From Chlamydiia bacterium (GTDB lineage: Bacteria > Chlamydiota > Chlamydiia > Chlamydiales > 2-12-FULL-49-11), in contig JBIKLZ010000023.1 of NCBI GenBank assembly GCA_044359535.1, forward strand, positions 1 to 18,198: a stretch of 18,198 bases of DNA, given 5' to 3'. The first letter of the stretch is position 1. The number at the start of each line of letters is the position of its first letter. Shown here piece by piece: positions 15,823-18,198 of the stretch. Below the pieces are notes generated by a model. The model was not told the DNA's origin, did not search any database, and saw only the letters and a program-made list of their open reading frames with translations. Position numbers and translations under genes: made by a program.

Positions 15823-16578
15823 ATGAGATTAGCTTGTATTTATGAGCAGATGAAACCAGGGATTTTTAGAACTCTAGCACAAGACACACTGCTTTTTGCT
15901 AACAAAGATGAATTAAAACAGAGAGCAGAAGAACTTTTAGAAAAAATTATAGAGTGTGCCAAACAAATTTTACCAAAAACGGTGTTAGAAAAAAGACTCT
16001 CAAGTAACTCTCTTTATCAAAAGATACTTTCAACAAGCAACGAAATTTTTTTAATTGAACAATCACAAAATCTATCCATTCTTACCTTGGGAAAATATTT
16101 AAAAAAACAAGTTCTTCCTATTAGATTTAACTTTAGTTTTGAGGTAAGAGCATGGCTACAAAACCCAGAAAATCAAAAACATCTTGATGAAGTACAGAGT
16201 ATAAATCTAAAGGGAATGGGTTTAAGTGGTGAAATACCAAAAGAAATCGCTTTGTTTAGAAACCTAACATATTTAGATGTAAGAGATAATAAATTCACTT
16301 CCATTGCCAGTGAGATTTTAAGGTTAAAAAATTTAACCACCATTGACGCGGCATATAATTGCATTTCAGAGGTTCCAATTCTAACTGATTCAAATGTAGA
16401 AACTTTTAATTTAAAATATAACGAATTTAGAATGACTTATGAAGAATTTATAGCCACTGTGCCAGATGAACGGATCCTTTATTCAATATTAACCACGCGT
16501 GAGGGTACAGTTCAGTTTGCTTCTAACCCTCGAAATTCTCCAATGTGGGGGAGAAAAAGAGGTGCTGCATGCATTTAA
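15823..16578 (+). CDS. Leucine-rich repeat protein (candidate effector)
   Basis: AAGGAG SD; about 3-4 LRR units (INLKGMGLSGEIPKEIALFRNLTYLDVRDNKFTSIASEILRLKNLTTIDAAYNCISEVP). Confidence 0.85.
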   Translation: MRLACIYEQMKPGIFRTLAQDTLLFANKDELKQRAEELLEKIIECAKQILPKTVLEKRLSSNSLYQKILSTSNEIFLIEQSQNLSILTLGKYLKKQVLPIRFNFSFEVRAWLQNPENQKHLDEVQSINLKGMGLSGEIPKEIALFRNLTYLDVRDNKFTSIASEILRLKNLTTIDAAYNCISEVPILTDSNVETFNLKYNEFRMTYEEFIATVPDERILYSILTTREGTVQFASNPRNSPMWGRKRGAACI

Positions 16579-17321
16579 AAAGTATTGATAATCAACCTGC
16601 AAGATCACAGTGGGATCTTGAAAGCAAAACAGTCCAATGGTGTGAAGAAAGGATGAAGGGCGTTGAAAAGATTCAATCCAGTTATAAAAAAGTATTTGAA
16701 GCTGTTAGATCGGTAGAAGAGATGTTTGAAAGCGCTATTTCAACCAACAGCACCTTGGAAGCAGTGCTTTTAAATAAGGTGTGGAGAGAACTTAAAGGTG
16801 TACAAAGCTTTTTATTAGAACGGAAGGTTGAAAATCTGTCATCACAGCTTCAGTGTCCAATAAAATGTAAGAAATATCAAAAACAATTAAGCAAAAGCAA
16901 TTTAGAACATGTATTTGAAAATATAAAGAAAATTAATGGGTCTATAAAAAAATTTAAAGGTCTTGAAAAATCCTGTAATCAAGAAGAAGAGTCATTTGAA
17001 CAGATTCAAAATCTTTACATAGAAGCCCTGTTAAAGAGGTTTAAAGCTTATAAAGAAAGACAAGATGGAGAACAAAAGGTCCATCGTATGGAAGAAGAGG
17101 TTAAAAAAATTGAAGAGATGAACACTCAAGGTTTTTCTCCAAGGGAAATAAAACCCCTCCTTTCAAAGGCTAAAAACAAAGCGATCCTTGCTAAGGCCAA
17201 TTTGGATGGAATGAATGAATCGTTGAAAAAAATGGAAGAAGAAGAAGAAAGAGCTAAAAGAAATGTTCAAACTGCTTATCAAGAGATTTTCAGAGTATCT
17301 TTATCTTCTCTTGAGATTTAA
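16569..17321 (+). CDS. Hypothetical coiled-coil protein (250 aa)
   Basis: E/K/Q-rich heptad-like sequence. The ATG at 16569 follows AGAGGT and overlaps the end of the LRR gene. Its stop shares TTAA with the convergent hemW stop. Confidence 0.7.
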   Translation: MHLKSIDNQPARSQWDLESKTVQWCEERMKGVEKIQSSYKKVFEAVRSVEEMFESAISTNSTLEAVLLNKVWRELKGVQSFLLERKVENLSSQLQCPIKCKKYQKQLSKSNLEHVFENIKKINGSIKKFKGLEKSCNQEEESFEQIQNLYIEALLKRFKAYKERQDGEQKVHRMEEEVKKIEEMNTQGFSPREIKPLLSKAKNKAILAKANLDGMNESLKKMEEEEERAKRNVQTAYQEIFRVSLSSLEI

Positions 17322-18198
17322 ATAAGATCAGAAGCCACATCATCATAGAACAAAAGCCCCTTTTTTGTAAGGGAAAGTCTTTTTGAAGTTTCTTTAAGGT
17401 ACCCTTCTTTAATTAGTGATTCAATAATTTCTTTACGTTCAAGAAGGGTTTCTTCAAAAAAACGTTTCTCTACCCCACAAAGCATTCGGATCCCTGTCAT
17501 TAAAAGTTCCCGTTGTGAAGCCCTTGGATCAAGTTTTTCATAAAAAGCGACAGGATCCTCCCCTTGTCTCACTTTTTCTGCATAGACTCTCATATTACAG
17601 ACATTTTGAAAGCGCGCTCCATCAATATAGCTGAAAGCCGAAGGGCCTACCCCATGAAAGGGGGTCCCTTTCCAGTAGCCTGTATTGTGAATAGACTCTT
17701 TACCTTTTTTTGCGAAGGCAGAAATTTCATACCGATGAAGCCCCATTGCTTTTAGTGTTTTTATCGCATCGGCTAACATTAAAGTGGAGTCTTTAGAGGA
17801 GGGGCGAAGAATTTCTAAAGCTTTTTCCTTTTTTTTAAAGGGGGTGAAGGGTTCTATTGTTAAATTATATAGAGAAAGGTGAGAGATGGGAAGCAATGAG
17901 CAGACATCTAAACTTTCTTGAAACTGTTTTCTTGTCTGAGTGGGGATATCATACATTAAATCAATGGTGATGTTTTCTATCCCACTTGTGTAGGTATCGA
18001 TAACACCTTGCCTTGCCTTTTCTCCAGAGTGATTTCTTCCAAGAATTTTTAAGAGGGCATCGTCAAAACTTTGGACTCCGATACTAACTCTATTAATCCC
18101 CACCTCTTTATACCCCTTCATAGTTGCAAGATCGACATCCTCAGGATTTGCTTCTAAGGAGATTTCTTTACAAGAACTAAACAGAGAAAGGATTTTTT
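17318..18198 (-). CDS. hemW: Radical SAM heme chaperone HemW / HemN-like protein, 5'-truncated by the window edge
   Basis: The frame stays open beyond 18121 (EISLEANPE). Motifs G.NRVSIGVQSF, LGRNH, IDLMY..P.QT, HLSLYNLTIEP.T, YEISAFA and HN.GYW. Confidence 0.92.
   Translation of the reverse strand, partial: KILSLFSSCKEISLEANPEDVDLATMKGYKEVGINRVSIGVQSFDDALLKILGRNHSGEKARQGVIDTYTSGIENITIDLMYDIPTQTRKQFQESLDVCSLLPISHLSLYNLTIEPFTPFKKKEKALEILRPSSKDSTLMLADAIKTLKAMGLHRYEISAFAKKGKESIHNTGYWKGTPFHGVGPSAFSYIDGARFQNVCNMRVYAEKVRQGEDPVAFYEKLDPRASQRELLMTGIRMLCGVEKRFFEETLLERKEIIESLIKEGYLKETSKRLSLTKKGLLFYDDVASDLI

Noticed and set aside
16552-16578. LRR protein C-terminus RKRGAACI as a CaaX prenylation motif
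   Set aside because: The Cys is at position -2 rather than -4, so it is not a CaaX box.
17318-17321. Convergent stops sharing a TTAA tetramer as a transposon target site
   Set aside because: No transposase or terminal repeats; overlapping TAA stops are common in compact AT-rich genomes.

Overview
AT-rich, gene-dense bacterial DNA that is very likely from an environmental member of the Chlamydiota. This is inferred from the plant/chlamydial-type FabI, the FliO-like/HAD/fabI neighbourhood, the holA-rsmI-hemW neighbourhood, the SycD-type T3SS chaperone and an Inc-like protein. Left to right it holds: a 5'-truncated hypothetical gene; two orphan genes, one with an 18-bp tandem repeat and a Fur-box-like palindrome upstream; yqgE and an mlaEFD-type MCE lipid ABC transporter; a compact four-gene type III secretion translocon-like operon; floA followed by an unannotated 58-codon ORF; a FliO-like gene, a Cof-type HAD hydrolase, a hypothetical gene, an Inc-like gene and fabI; then holA-like, rsmI-like, LRR and coiled-coil genes and a truncated hemW. 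I saw no RNA genes, CRISPR arrays or mobile elements. The most interesting candidates are the miniaturised translocon operon with a putative needle-tip/filament subunit, the Fur-like operator on a repeat-bearing orphan gene, a possible inactive CX5R phosphatase, and three candidate leaderless genes. All family calls are by-eye motif recognition; no database searches were run.
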